Assembly (NCBI GenBank): GCA_021324355.1
Contig: JAJPJD010000021.1
Span: forward strand, 35,969 to 99,968
DNA from: Actinomycetota bacterium
GTDB lineage: Bacteria; Actinomycetota; Acidimicrobiia; Acidimicrobiales; RAAP-2
Direction of reading: 5' to 3'
Length of the DNA stretch: 64,000 nt
This document shows positions 1-11,297 of this stretch, piece after piece. The position numbers and the translations under genes are program-made. The notes under the pieces are model-generated. The model ran no database searches. It was not told where the DNA came from and saw only the letters and a list, made by a program, of their open reading frames with translations. Each line of letters starts with the position of its first letter. Position 1 is the stretch's first letter.

Positions 1-114
1 CGACTTCTTCGACCGGGCAGTGGTCTTGATGTCCATCGCCTGGGCGATGGCGTGGAGCTCCTCACGCTCCTTCGATTCGAGCACGGACCGTTCGAGCTGC
101 TGTTCGGCAGTCAT
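1..114 (-). CDS. rho: Transcription termination factor Rho, N-terminal fragment (gene continues past the left edge)
   Basis: Minus-strand ATG at 114-112 with GAGGAGG SD (complement of 118-124). The 38 visible codons MTAEQQLERSVLESKEREELHAIAQAMDIKTTARSKKS look like the Rho_N helix bundle. Its position downstream of lysA-hom-thrC matches mycobacterial gene order. Too short to appear in the ORF track. Confidence 0.55.
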   Translation of the reverse strand, partial: MTAEQQLERSVLESKEREELHAIAQAMDIKTTARSKKS

Positions 115-287
115 CGGCCTCCTCATGGTTGACCGCAAGGGGTCTGAGCGGCCCGTTGCGGAGACAGGGTGGGAGTCTGGGCCCCAGCGGATCGGGGAAC
201 GACCCCCCATCGCCACTGGCATCGGAGCCCAGCGGGCCGCGAACGGGGCCCGAAGGGAACGCTCCGCGGCGCAGGTGGTACCAGATC

Positions 288-293
288 ATTGTA
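288..293 (-). promoter_or_regulatory. Candidate -10 box TACAAT upstream of rho (long 5' UTR implied)
   Basis: The complement of attgta at 288-293 reads TACAAT on the minus strand, about 175 nt upstream of the rho ATG. No convincing -35 was seen. Confidence 0.25.
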
Positions 294-296
294 GCG

Positions 297-315
297 GCCG
301 AGCGCCTGGCTCGGC
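297..315 (-). terminator. GC hairpin downstream of the TetR gene (possible intrinsic terminator without U-tract)
   Basis: GCCGAGC-gcctg-GCTCGGC forms a perfect 7-bp stem with a 5-nt loop, about 95 nt after the TetR stop at 409. Confidence 0.25.
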
Positions 316-408
316 AACCACTCCTAGGCAACACCGCCACCCGGCCAGTTGTTCCCGCCGACGACACGATCCACACCCCGGCACCCACCGGCGCCGACCG
401 GCCGGCGA

Positions 409-1017
409 CTAGGGCGCGACGCCAACCGGTGCCGGCGGCCGGTGTGCGCGCCCGCTGGCGTCGCGCTCGATCCCCTCGAGCAAGTAGCGCAGGCCGACCG
501 AGAACTGCGCCGCGGTGGCCGACGCCGAGAGCTGCGCCACCAGGGGATCCCCGGCGGACCGGGGAGCCGCACGCCGACGGGAGGTCTGCAGCGCAGCGAA
601 CCCGATCGTGTAGGTCTGCAGCGCGGCATAGGCGTGCCAGGCCTGCTCGTCGTCGAGGCCGGCCGACCGCAAGACCTGGAGCATGGCCTGCATCCGGGCC
701 AGCGCGGCTGGGGACACCACCGGGCCCAGCAGGTACACGTGCAGCGCAGCCGGCTGGTCGACGAGGAACTGGCGAAGTCGCTCAGCCGCCTCGGCGGTCC
801 AGGCCCGCCAGTCCGTGGCTCGACGGCGGGGCCGCCAGCTGCGGGCCAGCAGGCGGTCCACCACCTCGGTGAGCAGGTCGTCTTTGTCCTTGACGTGGCG
901 GTAGAGGGACATCGGGGCCACTCCCAGCTCGGCTGCCAGGCTCCTGATGGTCATCGCCTGGTAGCCGCCGGACTCGACCACCTGCATTGCCGCCTCGACC
1001 ACCTGGTCGCGCGACAT
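409..1017 (-). CDS. TetR family transcriptional regulator
   Basis: N-terminal HTH MSRDQVVEAAMQVVESGGYQAMTIRSLAAELGVAPMSLYRHVKDKDDLL. I prefer the ATG at 1017. The track ORF extends to a GTG at 1074. Confidence 0.85.
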   Translation of the reverse strand: MSRDQVVEAAMQVVESGGYQAMTIRSLAAELGVAPMSLYRHVKDKDDLLTEVVDRLLARSWRPRRRATDWRAWTAEAAERLRQFLVDQPAALHVYLLGPVVSPAALARMQAMLQVLRSAGLDDEQAWHAYAALQTYTIGFAALQTSRRRAAPRSAGDPLVAQLSASATAAQFSVGLRYLLEGIERDASGRAHRPPAPVGVAP

Positions 1018-1161
1018 CCCGCCCCACCGGGCCCGCCGGCGCAGCGGCTCCCCGGATGACCCCCCCGGACTCACCGGCCCGCCCCGGACCCTGGTCGCAC
1101 GGCGGCATCGTACCTGCCGACCGCTGGCCGGACCCGGGGCCGGGTTGCCACGCCAGGTGTC

Positions 1162-2199
1162 TCAGTCGAGCTCGCCCAGCACGGCCTCGATGTCGGCCTC
1201 GACCACGCCGGGCACCGCGATCTGACTGATCGCGAGATCGGGGTCTTTCAGGCCGTGACCGGTGAGGACGCAGACCACGGTCGAGCCCGGCTCGACCTCG
1301 CTCGCCAGGAGCCCGGCCACCGAGGCCGCCGACGCCGCCTCACAGAACACCGACTCCTCCTCGGCCAAGAAGCGGTAGGCAGCCAGGATCTCCTCGTCGG
1401 TCACCGCCCGGATGGCCCCGCCCGACTCGCTGGCCGCCGCGCTCGCGGCGTACCAGCTGGCCGGGTTGCCGATCCGGATCGCGCTGGCCACCGTCTCTGG
1501 GTCCTCGACCACCCGCCCGAGCACGATCGGCGCTGCCCCGGCGGCCTGGAACCCCAGCATCCTCGGCAGCTTGGTCGCCCGGCCAGCCTGCTGGTACTCG
1601 CGGTAGCCACGCCAGTACGCGGTGATGTTGCCGGCGTTGCCGACCGGGATGCAGTGGACGTCGGGAGCGTCCCCCAGGACGTCGACGATCTCGAAGGCCG
1701 CGGTCTTCTGACCCTCGATCCGCAGCGGGTTGACCGAGTTCACCACCGCCACCGGGGCCCGCTCGGGCAGGGCGCGGACGATCTGGAGGGCCTCGTCGAA
1801 GTTGCCCCGCACCTGCAGGACCCGGGCCCCGTGGATCAGCGCCTGGGCCAGCTTGCCCAGGGCGATGTGTCCCTCGGGGATGAGGACCACACAACGCAGC
1901 CCGGCCCGGCTGGCGTAGGCGGCCGCCGAGGCCGAGGTGTTCCCGGTGGACGCGCACACCACCGCCTTGGTCCCCTGCTCCAGCGCGCTGGAGATGGCCA
2001 CGGTCATGCCCCGATCCTTGAACGAGCCGGTCGGGTTGGCTCCCTCGACCTTCAGGTAGACGGTGGCGCCGACCCGCTCGGACAGCCGGGGGGCTGGGAC
2101 CAGCGGCGTCCCTCCCTCGAGGAGCGTGACCACCGGGGCGCCCTCGGCGATCGGCAGGTGCTCGCGGTACTCCTCGATGACCCCTCGCCAGCCCCGCAT
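1162..2199 (-). CDS. thrC: Threonine synthase
   Basis: PLP-lysine motif GSFKDRGMT and [14 protein letters not shown]. Start taken at the internal ATG ([17 protein letters not shown]), 1 nt after the hom stop. The upstream part of the track ORF is Trp/Arg-rich junk. Confidence 0.9.
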   Translation of the reverse strand: MRGWRGVIEEYREHLPIAEGAPVVTLLEGGTPLVPAPRLSERVGATVYLKVEGANPTGSFKDRGMTVAISSALEQGTKAVVCASTGNTSASAAAYASRAGLRCVVLIPEGHIALGKLAQALIHGARVLQVRGNFDEALQIVRALPERAPVAVVNSVNPLRIEGQKTAAFEIVDVLGDAPDVHCIPVGNAGNITAYWRGYREYQQAGRATKLPRMLGFQAAGAAPIVLGRVVEDPETVASAIRIGNPASWYAASAAASESGGAIRAVTDEEILAAYRFLAEEESVFCEAASAASVAGLLASEVEPGSTVVCVLTGHGLKDPDLAISQIAVPGVVEADIEAVLGELD

Positions 2200-2200
2200 C

Positions 2201-3547
2201 TCAGGCGTCCTGGCTCGGGCCCACACCGTCGGTGCCAGCCACCCGGAGGACGGCGCCGACCCGGTCCACCACCGCCAGCTCCCGCAGCCGGGCCACGGTG
2301 CCCGCAACCGCACCGCCCCGGGCCCGGTGGGTGAGGAAGATGAGCCGTGCCTCGTGGCCGAGGCCCTTCTGCTCCATCCAGCGGATCGAGACCCCGTGCT
2401 CGCCCATGACCCCAGCCACCGCGGCCAGGACGCCAGGTTGGTCGATCACGTCCATGCTCAGGTAGAAGGGCGATTCCAGGTCGTCCACCGGCACCAGCTC
2501 GAGGGCGACCCGACGGGACGCCGGCGGGGTCAAGCCGCCGTGGCGCAGGTGGCGGGCCGCCACCACGAGGTCGCCCAGCACCGCGCTCGCGGCCGCCCGT
2601 CCGCCCGCCCCCTGGCCGTAGAGCATCATCTCGCCAGCGTGCTCGCCCTCGATGAACACCGCGTTGTAGGCGCCGTTGACCGAGGCCAGCGGGTGGCTGG
2701 CGGGGAGCAGGGCCGGATGGACGCGGACCGAGATGGTCGAACCACTGCCGACCCGCTCGGCCACCGCCAACGGCTTGATGACGTACCCGAGCTGCGCGGC
2801 GTAGCGGACGTCGGCCTGGGCGACCGAGGTGATGCCCTCGCGGTGGACGTCGGCCGCGACCACGTCGGTGCCGAAGGCCAGGCTGGCGAGGATCGCGGCC
2901 TTGGCGGCGGCGTCATGACCCTCGACGTCGGCGCTCGGGTCGGCCTCGGCCAACCCGAGCCGCTGGGCCTCCAGGAGGGACTGCTCGTAGGTCGCGCCCT
3001 CGCCGGCCATCTTGCTCAGGATGAAGTTGGTGGTCCCGTTCACGATCCCGATCACCCGCAGGATGCGCTCACCGGCGAGGGACTCTCTGAGGGGCCGCAC
3101 CACCGGGATCGCGCTGCCCACCGCGGCCTCATACAAGAGGTCGACGCCGTTGGCCGAGGCAAGGTCGGCCAGCTCGCCACCGGCGCTCGCCAACAGGGCC
3201 TTGTTCCCGGTCACCACCGATTTGCCAGCTCGCAGCGCCGCCTCGACCAGCTGGCGAGCCGGGTCGAGCCCACCGATGAGCTCGACCACGACGTCGACGT
3301 CGTCCCGCTCGACCAGACCTTTGGCGTCTTGGGTCACCAGGTCGGCCGGGAACCACGGTCGCGCCCAGCGCCGGGCATCGGCCCGGCGCACCGCGATCCC
3401 GGCGATCTCCAGGCGGACCCCGGCCGACAGCTCGATCTCGCGGGCGCTGGCCGGATCGAGGACCATCTCCACGAGCGCCGACCCGACGTTGCCGCAGCCG
3501 AGGACCGCGACCCGGACCGCCGAGCGCTCGTGGTCGGTCGGGGTCAT
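2201..3547 (-). CDS. hom: Homoserine dehydrogenase with C-terminal ACT domain
   Basis: C-terminal 448 aa of the 1018-aa track [32 protein letters not shown] is the NAD fold; the tail is ACT-like. ATG at 3547-3545. Confidence 0.9.
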   Translation of the reverse strand: MTPTDHERSAVRVAVLGCGNVGSALVEMVLDPASAREIELSAGVRLEIAGIAVRRADARRWARPWFPADLVTQDAKGLVERDDVDVVVELIGGLDPARQLVEAALRAGKSVVTGNKALLASAGGELADLASANGVDLLYEAAVGSAIPVVRPLRESLAGERILRVIGIVNGTTNFILSKMAGEGATYEQSLLEAQRLGLAEADPSADVEGHDAAAKAAILASLAFGTDVVAADVHREGITSVAQADVRYAAQLGYVIKPLAVAERVGSGSTISVRVHPALLPASHPLASVNGAYNAVFIEGEHAGEMMLYGQGAGGRAAASAVLGDLVVAARHLRHGGLTPPASRRVALELVPVDDLESPFYLSMDVIDQPGVLAAVAGVMGEHGVSIRWMEQKGLGHEARLIFLTHRARGGAVAGTVARLRELAVVDRVGAVLRVAGTDGVGPSQDA

Positions 3548-3744
3548 CGACCCACGCACGGTCGGGAGCCGGGCGAACCGAGCGCCAGGCAGCCGACCAC
3601 CGGCGCGGCCTGCGAGCCTGCCGGCGAGGCTCGCCTGAGCTCGATCGGGGTGCCCATGGTCTGTGTTCGGTGGCGCACGGCGCTGTCTCCCTGCTCCACG
3701 GTACTGCCTGGCCCGGCGGCGCTTCGGACCGAAGGCGGCACTCC

Positions 3745-5064
3745 TCAGGCGTCGAGCCGGAGGAGGTCGGCAACCGTCTCTCCCCGGACCACCACCCGAG
3801 CGCGCCCGTCGGCGACGAAGAGCACCGGTGGCCGGGGCACTTTGTTGTAGTTGGAGGCCATGGCGTAGCCGTAGGCGCCGGTGACCGGGGTTGCCAGGAC
3901 GTCGCCCACCGCCACGTCGGCCGGGAGCTGGGCCTCGCCCACCAAGACATCGCCGGTCTCGCAGTGCTTGCCGACCACCCGCACCCGGCGAGGCCGGGGC
4001 GCGTCGGTGGCCCGGGGGAGGAACGCCTCGTAGCCGCTCCCGTAGAGCACCGGACGGGGGTTGTCGCTCATGCCGCCGTCCACCGCGACGTAGGTCCGGA
4101 TCCCGGGCAGCTCCTTGATCGAGCCCACCCGGTACAGGGTCAGCGCGGCGGCCGCCACAATCGCTCGCCCCGGCTCGGCGGTCACCCTGGTGCCGGGGGC
4201 CAGGCCCACCTTGGCCAGGGCGACCCGGGTCGCGGCGGCCCACTCGGCGATGGTCGGCGCTCGCTCCCCGTTGACGTACGCCACCCCGAGCCCGCCCCCC
4301 ACCACCAGCTCTGGCAGCTCGAGCGGCGCCGCGAACGCGCCCAGCACCTCGGCCGCCAGCTCGAACGAGGAGACGTCGAACACCTGGCTCCCGATGTGCG
4401 CGTGCACCCCGACCAGCTCGACCCCGCCCATCAGCTCGAGGGCCGCCACTGCTCTGGCGGCTGCGCCCGAGGCCACCGAGAACCCGAACTTGGTGTCCTC
4501 CTGGCCGGTGCGGACGAACTCGTGGGTGTGGGCCTCCACCCCCGGGGTCACCCGGACCAGCACTTTGGGACGGGGGGCACCCGGCGGCGCGTCGTCGGTC
4601 AGGCGTCCCAGCCGGGCGATCTCGTCGAACGAGTCGACGACGATGCGGCCCACCCCCACCTCCAGCGCCCGGGCCAGCTCGGCGTCGGACTTGTTGTTCC
4701 CGTGCAGCACCAGGCGGTCGCCCGGCACCCCGGCGGCCAGGGCCACCTCGAGCTCGCCGCCGGTGGAGACGTCGAGGCACAGCCCCTCCTCGTGGGCCAG
4801 GCGAGCCATCTCCTTGCACAAGAAGGCCTTGGTCGCGTAGGCGACGCCGTCGCCGAAGGCCTCCCGGGCCTCCCGGCAGCGGGCTCGCAGGTGGGCCTCG
4901 TCGTAGACGAACAGCGGTGTGCCATAGGTGTCGACCAGGTCGATCAGGTCGACACCGGCGATCGAGAGCCGGCCGGCGGGGTCGATCTGGGCGCTGTCGG
5001 GCAGCAATGTGGGGTCGAGCGGAGCGCCCGCCTCGCCAGCCGGGCCCTGGCGACGACGGGTCAT
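3745..5064 (-). CDS. lysA: Diaminopimelate decarboxylase
   Basis: [16 protein letters not shown] (PLP Lys) and [10 protein letters not shown] motifs. ATG at 5064. Confidence 0.92.
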   Translation of the reverse strand: MTRRRQGPAGEAGAPLDPTLLPDSAQIDPAGRLSIAGVDLIDLVDTYGTPLFVYDEAHLRARCREAREAFGDGVAYATKAFLCKEMARLAHEEGLCLDVSTGGELEVALAAGVPGDRLVLHGNNKSDAELARALEVGVGRIVVDSFDEIARLGRLTDDAPPGAPRPKVLVRVTPGVEAHTHEFVRTGQEDTKFGFSVASGAAARAVAALELMGGVELVGVHAHIGSQVFDVSSFELAAEVLGAFAAPLELPELVVGGGLGVAYVNGERAPTIAEWAAATRVALAKVGLAPGTRVTAEPGRAIVAAAALTLYRVGSIKELPGIRTYVAVDGGMSDNPRPVLYGSGYEAFLPRATDAPRPRRVRVVGKHCETGDVLVGEAQLPADVAVGDVLATPVTGAYGYAMASNYNKVPRPPVLFVADGRARVVVRGETVADLLRLDA

Positions 5065-5092
5065 GACCAGACACGATACGGTGAACCACCCG

Positions 5093-5164
5093 GCCCCAGT
5101 AGCTCAGCGGATAGAGCACCGGCCTCCGGAGCCGGGTGCGCAGGTTCGAGTCCTGCCTGGGGCG
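5093..5164 (+). tRNA. tRNA-Arg (anticodon CCG)
   Basis: Hand-folded cloverleaf. Acceptor GCCCCAG/CTGGGGC, D arm GCTC-AGCGGATA-GAGC, anticodon arm CCGGC-CTCCGGA-GCCGG, T arm GCAGG-TTCGAGT-CCTGC, discriminator G. No encoded CCA. Confidence 0.9.
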
Positions 5165-5210
5165 CCGGTCGAGGCGCCCCGGCGCGGGGCTGCCGACGGG
5201 GGAGGGCGAC

Positions 5211-6026
5211 ATGGCCGAAGGACGGGTGGAGATCCACGAGGGGGTGGTGTTCGGCACCGGCAGCGGCCGCGAGCTGCGCTGCGACCTCTACCGCCCGCCG
5301 GGGGACGACCGGCGCCGACCGGCCGTGCTGCTGATCCACGGCGGGGGCTGGCGCTCGGGCGACCGCACCCAGCTGCGAGGCTACGGGATCCTGCTCGGGC
5401 GGGCCGGATACCTGTGCGTGGCCACCGAGTACCGCCTGGTCGGCGAGGCGCCCTGGCCGGCCCAGATCCACGACGTGAAGGCGGCGCTGCGCTGGATGAA
5501 AGCCAACGCCGCCGACCTGGGCATCGACCCCGACCGGATCGCGCTCGAGGGCAACTCGGCCGGCGCCCATCTGGCGCTCTTCGCTGCCGGGACGCCCAAC
5601 GTCGACGCCTACGAGGGCGACGGCGGCAACGCCGGGGTGGACACCTCGGTGTCGGCCGTGATCGCCGTCTACCCACCGACCCGGTTCTGCTACGGGGCGC
5701 GAACCCACGGCTCGGTGCCGATCGAGGCGCTCTCCGATGCGCCGAGCGCTGAGCTGGCCGAGACGGCCAGCCCGGCCAACCTGGTCGGGGCCGGGTTCCC
5801 GCCCACGATGCTCGTGCACGGCTCGGCCGACGACACGGTCCCGGTGTCGGCCAGCTTCCTCATGTACGAGCGCCTGGTCGAGCACAAGGTGCCGGCCGAG
5901 CTGCACGTCTACGCCGGTCAACCCCACGGCTTCGACGCCGACCCCCGCTTCGGCCGGCCCACCGCCGAGCTCATGACCCTGTTCCTCGGCCGCTACCTGC
6001 GAGCCGAGGCGCCGGCCCCGGCGTAG
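5211..6026 (+). CDS. Alpha/beta hydrolase (HSL-type esterase/lipase family)
   Basis: Oxyanion motif LLIHGGGWRSGD and nucleophile elbow GNSAGAHLA. ATG at 5211 chosen because the track start at 5136 lies inside the tRNA. Confidence 0.85.
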   Translation: MAEGRVEIHEGVVFGTGSGRELRCDLYRPPGDDRRRPAVLLIHGGGWRSGDRTQLRGYGILLGRAGYLCVATEYRLVGEAPWPAQIHDVKAALRWMKANAADLGIDPDRIALEGNSAGAHLALFAAGTPNVDAYEGDGGNAGVDTSVSAVIAVYPPTRFCYGARTHGSVPIEALSDAPSAELAETASPANLVGAGFPPTMLVHGSADDTVPVSASFLMYERLVEHKVPAELHVYAGQPHGFDADPRFGRPTAELMTLFLGRYLRAEAPAPA

Positions 6027-6040
6027 GGCGCCGGCCCGGC

Positions 6041-7768
6041 TCACATCCGCTCGGGGGCCTCGATCCCCAAGAGCCCGAGGCCCTGGCGGAGTACCCGCGC
6101 CGTGAGGTCGCACAGGACCAGCCGGCTCTCGCGCTGGCGGCGGTCCTCCACGAGGACCCGGCACCCCTCGTAGAAGTCGGTGAACGCGCTGGCCAGGTCG
6201 AACAAGTAGGCGCACAGCTTGTGCGGGCTGTAGGCGGCGACCGCCTCGTGGAGCGCCCGAGGGAACCCGAGCAGCGCCAGCCCGAGAGCCCGCTCCCGTG
6301 GGTCAGCCAGCACCGGGGGCGACGGGGCCGGCACCTCCATGCCGGCCCGGCGGAAGATCGAGCGGATCCGGGCGTGCGCGTACTGCAGGTAAGGCCCGGT
6401 GTTGCCCTCGAAGGCGAGCATGCGGTCCCAGTCGAAGACGTAGTCGCGAGCTCGATCGGTGGAGAGGTCGGCGTACTTCACCGCCCCGACCCCCACCATG
6501 GCTGCCGTCGCGTGGTCGTCCGCCCCGTCCCCCTCGCCGGCATCGGCCCGGCGCTGCTCGATCGCTCGCGCCGCCCGTTCGACCGCCTCGTCGAGCAGGT
6601 CGATCAGCTTCACCCCGCCACCCGAGCGGCTGGCCAGCATGCGATGGTCGGCTCCGAGGACGCTGCCGAAGGACACGTGGACCGCCTGCACGCCCGGCGG
6701 CAGCCAGCCAGCCATCGCGGCCACCGCGAAGCACATCTCGAGGTGCTGGGCCTGGGGGGCCCCGACCACGTACAAGAGGCGGGTTGCACCCAGGGTGCGA
6801 ACCCGGTAGCGGATCGCGGCCAGGTCGGTGCTGGCGTAGCCGTACCCGCCGTCGGACTTCTGGACGATGAGCGGCAGGGGGTCGCCGTTGCGGTTGGTGA
6901 ACCCGGGAGGGAACACGCAGCGAGCCCCGTCGTGCACCACCAGCAGGCCCTTGGCGTCGAGCTCCTCCACCACCTCGTCCAGCATGTCGTTGAAGAAGCT
7001 CTCCCCCACGATGTCGTCGTCGGTCAGCAGCACCCCCAGGCGGCGGTAGACGAGGTTGAAGTAGCGGACGCTCTGGGCGACGAGCACCCGCCACAGTCGC
7101 AGGGTCTCAGGGTCGCCCGACTGGAGCAAGACGACCCGGCGCCGGCTGCGGTCGGCAAACCCGGGGTCCGAGTCGAACGAGGCCCGGGCGGCCTGGTAGA
7201 AGCGGGTCAGGTCGCCGGCCGACAGCTCGGCCGCCGTCTCCTCCTCCCCCAGGTCGATCAGGTGCTCGATCAGCATCCCGAAGGGAGTTCCCCAGTCGCC
7301 GACATGGTTCTGGCGGCGGACGTCGTGGCCCAAGAAACTGAGCATCCGGGCAAGCGCGTCGCCGATCACCGTGGTGCGGAGGTGCCCGACGTGCATCTCC
7401 TTGGCCACGTTGGGTGCCGAGTAATCGACGACCACGACCTCGGGCTGGTCGACCCGCTCGACTCCCAATCGATCGTCGGCCGCCATCGCACCGAGCCGGT
7501 CGGCCAGGAACTCGGACGAGTAGGTGAGGTTGATGAACCCATTGCCACTGACCTCGACCCGCTCGCAGAGGTCCGAGACCTCTAGCGCGTCGACCACGGC
7601 CCGCGCGACCTCGACCGGGGCGCGTCCAAGCTGGCGAGCCACCGCGATCGCCCCGTTGGCCTGGAGGTCGGCCCGGCCCGAGGGGCGGACCACCGGGTCG
7701 GAGCCCGAGGACACCGAGTCGAAGGCGCGAGCCAACCGCTGCTCGACCTCGGCGCGGATGTCGTGCAT
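6041..7768 (-). CDS. argS: Arginine--tRNA ligase
   Basis: C-terminal 575 aa of the 882-aa track ORF. Starts [16 protein letters not shown], has the class I motif [17 protein letters not shown], and ends GIEAPERM. Confidence 0.92.
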   Translation of the reverse strand: MHDIRAEVEQRLARAFDSVSSGSDPVVRPSGRADLQANGAIAVARQLGRAPVEVARAVVDALEVSDLCERVEVSGNGFINLTYSSEFLADRLGAMAADDRLGVERVDQPEVVVVDYSAPNVAKEMHVGHLRTTVIGDALARMLSFLGHDVRRQNHVGDWGTPFGMLIEHLIDLGEEETAAELSAGDLTRFYQAARASFDSDPGFADRSRRRVVLLQSGDPETLRLWRVLVAQSVRYFNLVYRRLGVLLTDDDIVGESFFNDMLDEVVEELDAKGLLVVHDGARCVFPPGFTNRNGDPLPLIVQKSDGGYGYASTDLAAIRYRVRTLGATRLLYVVGAPQAQHLEMCFAVAAMAGWLPPGVQAVHVSFGSVLGADHRMLASRSGGGVKLIDLLDEAVERAARAIEQRRADAGEGDGADDHATAAMVGVGAVKYADLSTDRARDYVFDWDRMLAFEGNTGPYLQYAHARIRSIFRRAGMEVPAPSPPVLADPRERALGLALLGFPRALHEAVAAYSPHKLCAYLFDLASAFTDFYEGCRVLVEDRRQRESRLVLCDLTARVLRQGLGLLGIEAPERM

Positions 7769-7840
7769 GATCCATCTTCGCACCCCGGGCCGGCTGTCGG
7801 TCTCGGGATGCTCGCGCTCGGAAGCGGGCAGAATGGGCTC

Positions 7841-10516
7841 ATGGCCACACGCCCCCACCCCGACAGCTTCTCGGCCAGGTCCCGGCTCTCGGTCGCCGGG
7901 CGCCAGCTCGACTACTTCTCCCTCGGCGCGCCGGGCCTCGCCGACTACGACGTCGGACGACTCCCCTACGCGCTGAAGGTGCTGCTGGAGAACCTGCTCC
8001 GACACGAAGACGGGGTCGCCGTCGCGGCCTCCGACATCGCCAGCGTGGCCTCCTGGGCCGCTCACGCCGGCCGAGGCGAGTCGGCCGAGATGGCCCGGGA
8101 GATCGCCTTCAACCCCGAGCGGGTGCTCATGCAGGACCTGACCGGAGTGCCGGCGGTGGTCGACCTGGCCGCCATGCGCGACGCCATCGCGCAACTCGGG
8201 GGCGACCCGGCCCGAATCAACCCGCTGGTCCCGGTGGAGCTGGTGATCGACCACTCGGTGATCGCCGAGCGCTCGGGGGACCCGGGCTCGTTCGCAACCA
8301 ACGTGGACATCGAGTACGAGCGAAACCTCGAGCGCTACCAACTGCTGGCGTGGGCCCAGCGGGCGTTCCAGAACTTCCGGGTGGTGCCACCGGGCACCGG
8401 CATCTGCCACCAGGTCAACCTCGAGTACCTGGCCAGGGTGGTCTTCGAGGCCGACGGGCTTGCCTACTGCGACACTCTGGTCGGGATGGACTCCCACACC
8501 ACCATGGTGAACGGCCTCGGCGTCTTGGGTTGGGGGGTCGGCGGGATCGAGGCCGAGGCGGCCATGCTCGGCCAGCCGTACTCGATGCTCGTCCCCCCGG
8601 TCGTCGGACTGCGGCTGATCGGGGAGCTGCCCGAGGGCACGACGGCCACCGACCTGGTGCTCGCCATCACCGAGCTCCTCCGCCGCCACGGCGTGGTGGG
8701 CAAGTTCGTCGAGTGCTTCGGGCCGGGGATCGCCTCGGTCCCGGTCGAGAACCGGGCCACCATCGGCAACATGTCGCCCGAGTACGGCGCGACCTGCACC
8801 CTCTTCCCCATCGACGAGGCGACCCTGTCGTACCTACGGTTCACCGGCCGGGACCCCGACCACGTGGCCCTGGTGGAGGCGTACGCCAAGGAGCAGGGCC
8901 TCTGGCACGAGCCGGGGGCCGACGAGGCCGTCTACACCGAGACGGTCGAGCTCGACCTGTCCACTGTGGAACCGAGTCTGGCCGGACCCAAGCGTCCCCA
9001 GGACCGGGTGTCGCTCAGCGGCGCGGGCCGCGCCTTCCGCCAGGCACTCGGGCGGGATCCCCGATCGGCGCCGCTGGGTCAAGGGCCGGACCGCATCTCC
9101 GATGGCGACGTGGTCATCGCCGCCATCACCAGCTGCACCAACACGTCGAACCCTCAGGTCATGGTGGGTGCGGGGCTGCTGGCCAAGCGGGCTGTCGAGC
9201 GGGGCCTCAGTACCAAACCCTGGGTGAAGACCTCCCTCGCCCCCGGGTCGCGGGTGGTGATGGACTACCTGGACCGGGCCGGGCTGCTCGAGCCGCTGGA
9301 GGCGCTCGGCTTCTACCTGGTCGGGTTCGGCTGCACCACCTGCATCGGCAACTCGGGACCGCTTGAGCCCGGCGTCTCCGAGGCCGTCCAGGCCGGCAAC
9401 CTCCAGGTGGCGGCGGTGCTCTCCGGCAATCGGAACTTCGAGGGCCGAATCCATCCCGACGTCACGATGAACTACCTGGCGTCGCCACCGCTGGTCGTGG
9501 CCTACGCCCTGGCCGGCACCATGGACATCGACTTGACCACCGACCCACTCGGGACCGCTGCCGACGGCACCCCGGTGCGGCTGGCCGATCTGTGGCCCAG
9601 CTCGCAGGAGATCGCCGACACGATCCGCGACGCCGTGGGCTCGGAGATGTTCACCCAGCGCTACGCGGCCGTGTTCGACGGTGACGACCGGTGGCGGGCG
9701 ATCCCGGTGGCCGAGGGCCAGACCTTCGCTTGGCAGCCGGGCTCCACGTACGTCCTTCGCCCGCCGTTCCTCGACGACATGGGGTCGGGACCCGAGCCGG
9801 TCGGCGACATCGTCGGTGCGAGGGTGCTGGCCATGCTGGGCGACAGCGTGACCACCGACCACATCTCCCCGGCCGGCTCCATCGGCGCGTCCACCCCCGC
9901 CGGCCGGTACCTGATCGAGCGCGGGGTCGAGCGAGCCGACTTCAACTCCTACGGAACCCGGCGGGGCAACCACGAGGTCATGGTGCGGGGGACCTTCGCC
10001 AACACCAGACTGCACAACCAGCTCGCCCCGGGCACCGAGGGGGGCGTGACCGTCCACCTCCCCGACGGGGAGCAGACCACCATCTTCGAAGCGTCCGAAC
10101 GCTACCGGCGCGACGGCGTGCCGCTCATCGTCCTGGCCGGCAAGGAGTACGGCTCGGGATCGAGCCGGGACTGGGCAGCCAAGGGGCCGGCACTGCTCGG
10201 CGTTCGGGCGGTGATCGTCGAGAGCTTCGAGCGGATCCACCGGACCAACCTCATCGGCATGGGGATCCTGCCCCTGCAGTACCGGCCGGGGGAGAACGCC
10301 CAGAGCCTCGGGCTCGACGGCCACGAGGTCTACACCATCGGCGGGCTCGACGAGCTCAACCGGTCGGTCCCCAAGGAAGTGCCGGTGACCGCCCGGCGCG
10401 ACGACGGCACGACCGTCGAGTTCTGGGCGGTGGTGCGGATCGACACCCCGATGGAGGCGCAGTACTACCGCCACGGTGGGATCCTCCGCTACGTGCTGCG
10501 CCAACTGTCCGCCTGA
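7841..10516 (+). CDS. acnA: Aconitate hydratase A
   Basis: [45 protein letters not shown] and C-terminal [18 protein letters not shown] at 7841 ([10 protein letters not shown]) preferred over the track GTG at 7763, which overlaps the argS start. Confidence 0.93.
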   Translation: MATRPHPDSFSARSRLSVAGRQLDYFSLGAPGLADYDVGRLPYALKVLLENLLRHEDGVAVAASDIASVASWAAHAGRGESAEMAREIAFNPERVLMQDLTGVPAVVDLAAMRDAIAQLGGDPARINPLVPVELVIDHSVIAERSGDPGSFATNVDIEYERNLERYQLLAWAQRAFQNFRVVPPGTGICHQVNLEYLARVVFEADGLAYCDTLVGMDSHTTMVNGLGVLGWGVGGIEAEAAMLGQPYSMLVPPVVGLRLIGELPEGTTATDLVLAITELLRRHGVVGKFVECFGPGIASVPVENRATIGNMSPEYGATCTLFPIDEATLSYLRFTGRDPDHVALVEAYAKEQGLWHEPGADEAVYTETVELDLSTVEPSLAGPKRPQDRVSLSGAGRAFRQALGRDPRSAPLGQGPDRISDGDVVIAAITSCTNTSNPQVMVGAGLLAKRAVERGLSTKPWVKTSLAPGSRVVMDYLDRAGLLEPLEALGFYLVGFGCTTCIGNSGPLEPGVSEAVQAGNLQVAAVLSGNRNFEGRIHPDVTMNYLASPPLVVAYALAGTMDIDLTTDPLGTAADGTPVRLADLWPSSQEIADTIRDAVGSEMFTQRYAAVFDGDDRWRAIPVAEGQTFAWQPGSTYVLRPPFLDDMGSGPEPVGDIVGARVLAMLGDSVTTDHISPAGSIGASTPAGRYLIERGVERADFNSYGTRRGNHEVMVRGTFANTRLHNQLAPGTEGGVTVHLPDGEQTTIFEASERYRRDGVPLIVLAGKEYGSGSSRDWAAKGPALLGVRAVIVESFERIHRTNLIGMGILPLQYRPGENAQSLGLDGHEVYTIGGLDELNRSVPKEVPVTARRDDGTTVEFWAVVRIDTPMEAQYYRHGGILRYVLRQLSA

Positions 10517-10525
10517 CCGGCGCCC

Positions 10526-11269
10526 TCAGCCGGTCACGACCGCCTGGAACACCTCCGCCAGCCGCCCCTCAGGAAGGCCGGCGCGGGCAGCGGCGCCCCG
10601 AGCCCAGTCCGCGACCCGTGCCGTGAGCTCCGGGTCGTCGGTCCCTTGGCTCCGGTGTGCGGCCAGCGCGAGGAGCTTGCGGTCGAAGCTCTCGGTCACC
10701 TCGACTGCCAGATTGGGCGCTGGGGCCGCCATGAGCCACAGCGCCCCGACGGTGTGGGGCTCCAAACCCTCCTCCAGCAGTTCGGGGTGGGCAAACGGGT
10801 TCCGGCTGTCCGGGTAGACCGCGTCGACCGCGGCCTCCCCCACCGCCAGGTGGTCCGGATGGCTGGCGAAGATCGTGGTCCAGCTCCGCTCGGGCGACGG
10901 TGCGATCACCAGTTCGGGGCGCCAGGACCGGATCACCCGGGCCAGGTCGCGCCGGAGCTCCAAGGAGGCGACGACCCGCCCGTCGGGGTAGCCGAGGAAC
11001 TCGACCTGGTGCACCCCGAGGGCCTCGGCTGCGGCCAGCTGCTCGGCCCGGCGCACTGCCGCCATCTCGCCTCGCGCCTGCTGGCGGTCGGACCCGCCCG
11101 CTTCCCCGTCGGTGACGATGCAGTACCGCACCCCCGCCCCTGCGGACGTGAGCCGAGCCACCGTCCCGCCGCACCCGAAATCGACGTCATCGGGGTGCGC
11201 GCAGATCACCAGCACCCGGTCCGGTCGTTCCTCGGGCGACCACAACCGAAGCGAGCTCGGACCGCTCAC
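10526..11269 (-). CDS. PIG-L/LmbE family deacetylase
   Basis: VLVICAHPDDVDFGCGGTVARL signature plus HPDH. The substrate cannot be told from sequence. Confidence 0.8.
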   Translation of the reverse strand: MSGPSSLRLWSPEERPDRVLVICAHPDDVDFGCGGTVARLTSAGAGVRYCIVTDGEAGGSDRQQARGEMAAVRRAEQLAAAEALGVHQVEFLGYPDGRVVASLELRRDLARVIRSWRPELVIAPSPERSWTTIFASHPDHLAVGEAAVDAVYPDSRNPFAHPELLEEGLEPHTVGALWLMAAPAPNLAVEVTESFDRKLLALAAHRSQGTDDPELTARVADWARGAAARAGLPEGRLAEVFQAVVTG

Positions 11270-11297
11270 GATCGGGGCCGCCTGGCCTGCCCCGGCC

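Noticed and set aside
3548-5257. Upstream 570 codons of the 1018-aa minus-strand ORF 2201..5257
   Set aside because: Only the last 448 aa look like homoserine dehydrogenase. The remainder is Arg/Pro/Gly-rich, overlaps lysA in another frame and crosses the tRNA. It is a GC-driven open frame.
5093-6026. Genomic island or prophage remnant at tRNA-Arg
   Set aside because: No integrase, excisionase or transposase is present. I saw no repeat of the tRNA 3' end, and the hydrolase has the same GC3-rich codon style as its neighbours.
8834-10504. 556-aa ORF antisense to acnA
   Set aside because: No recognisable motifs and a low-complexity Arg/Gly/Pro/Val composition. The opposite strand carries unambiguous aconitase motifs.
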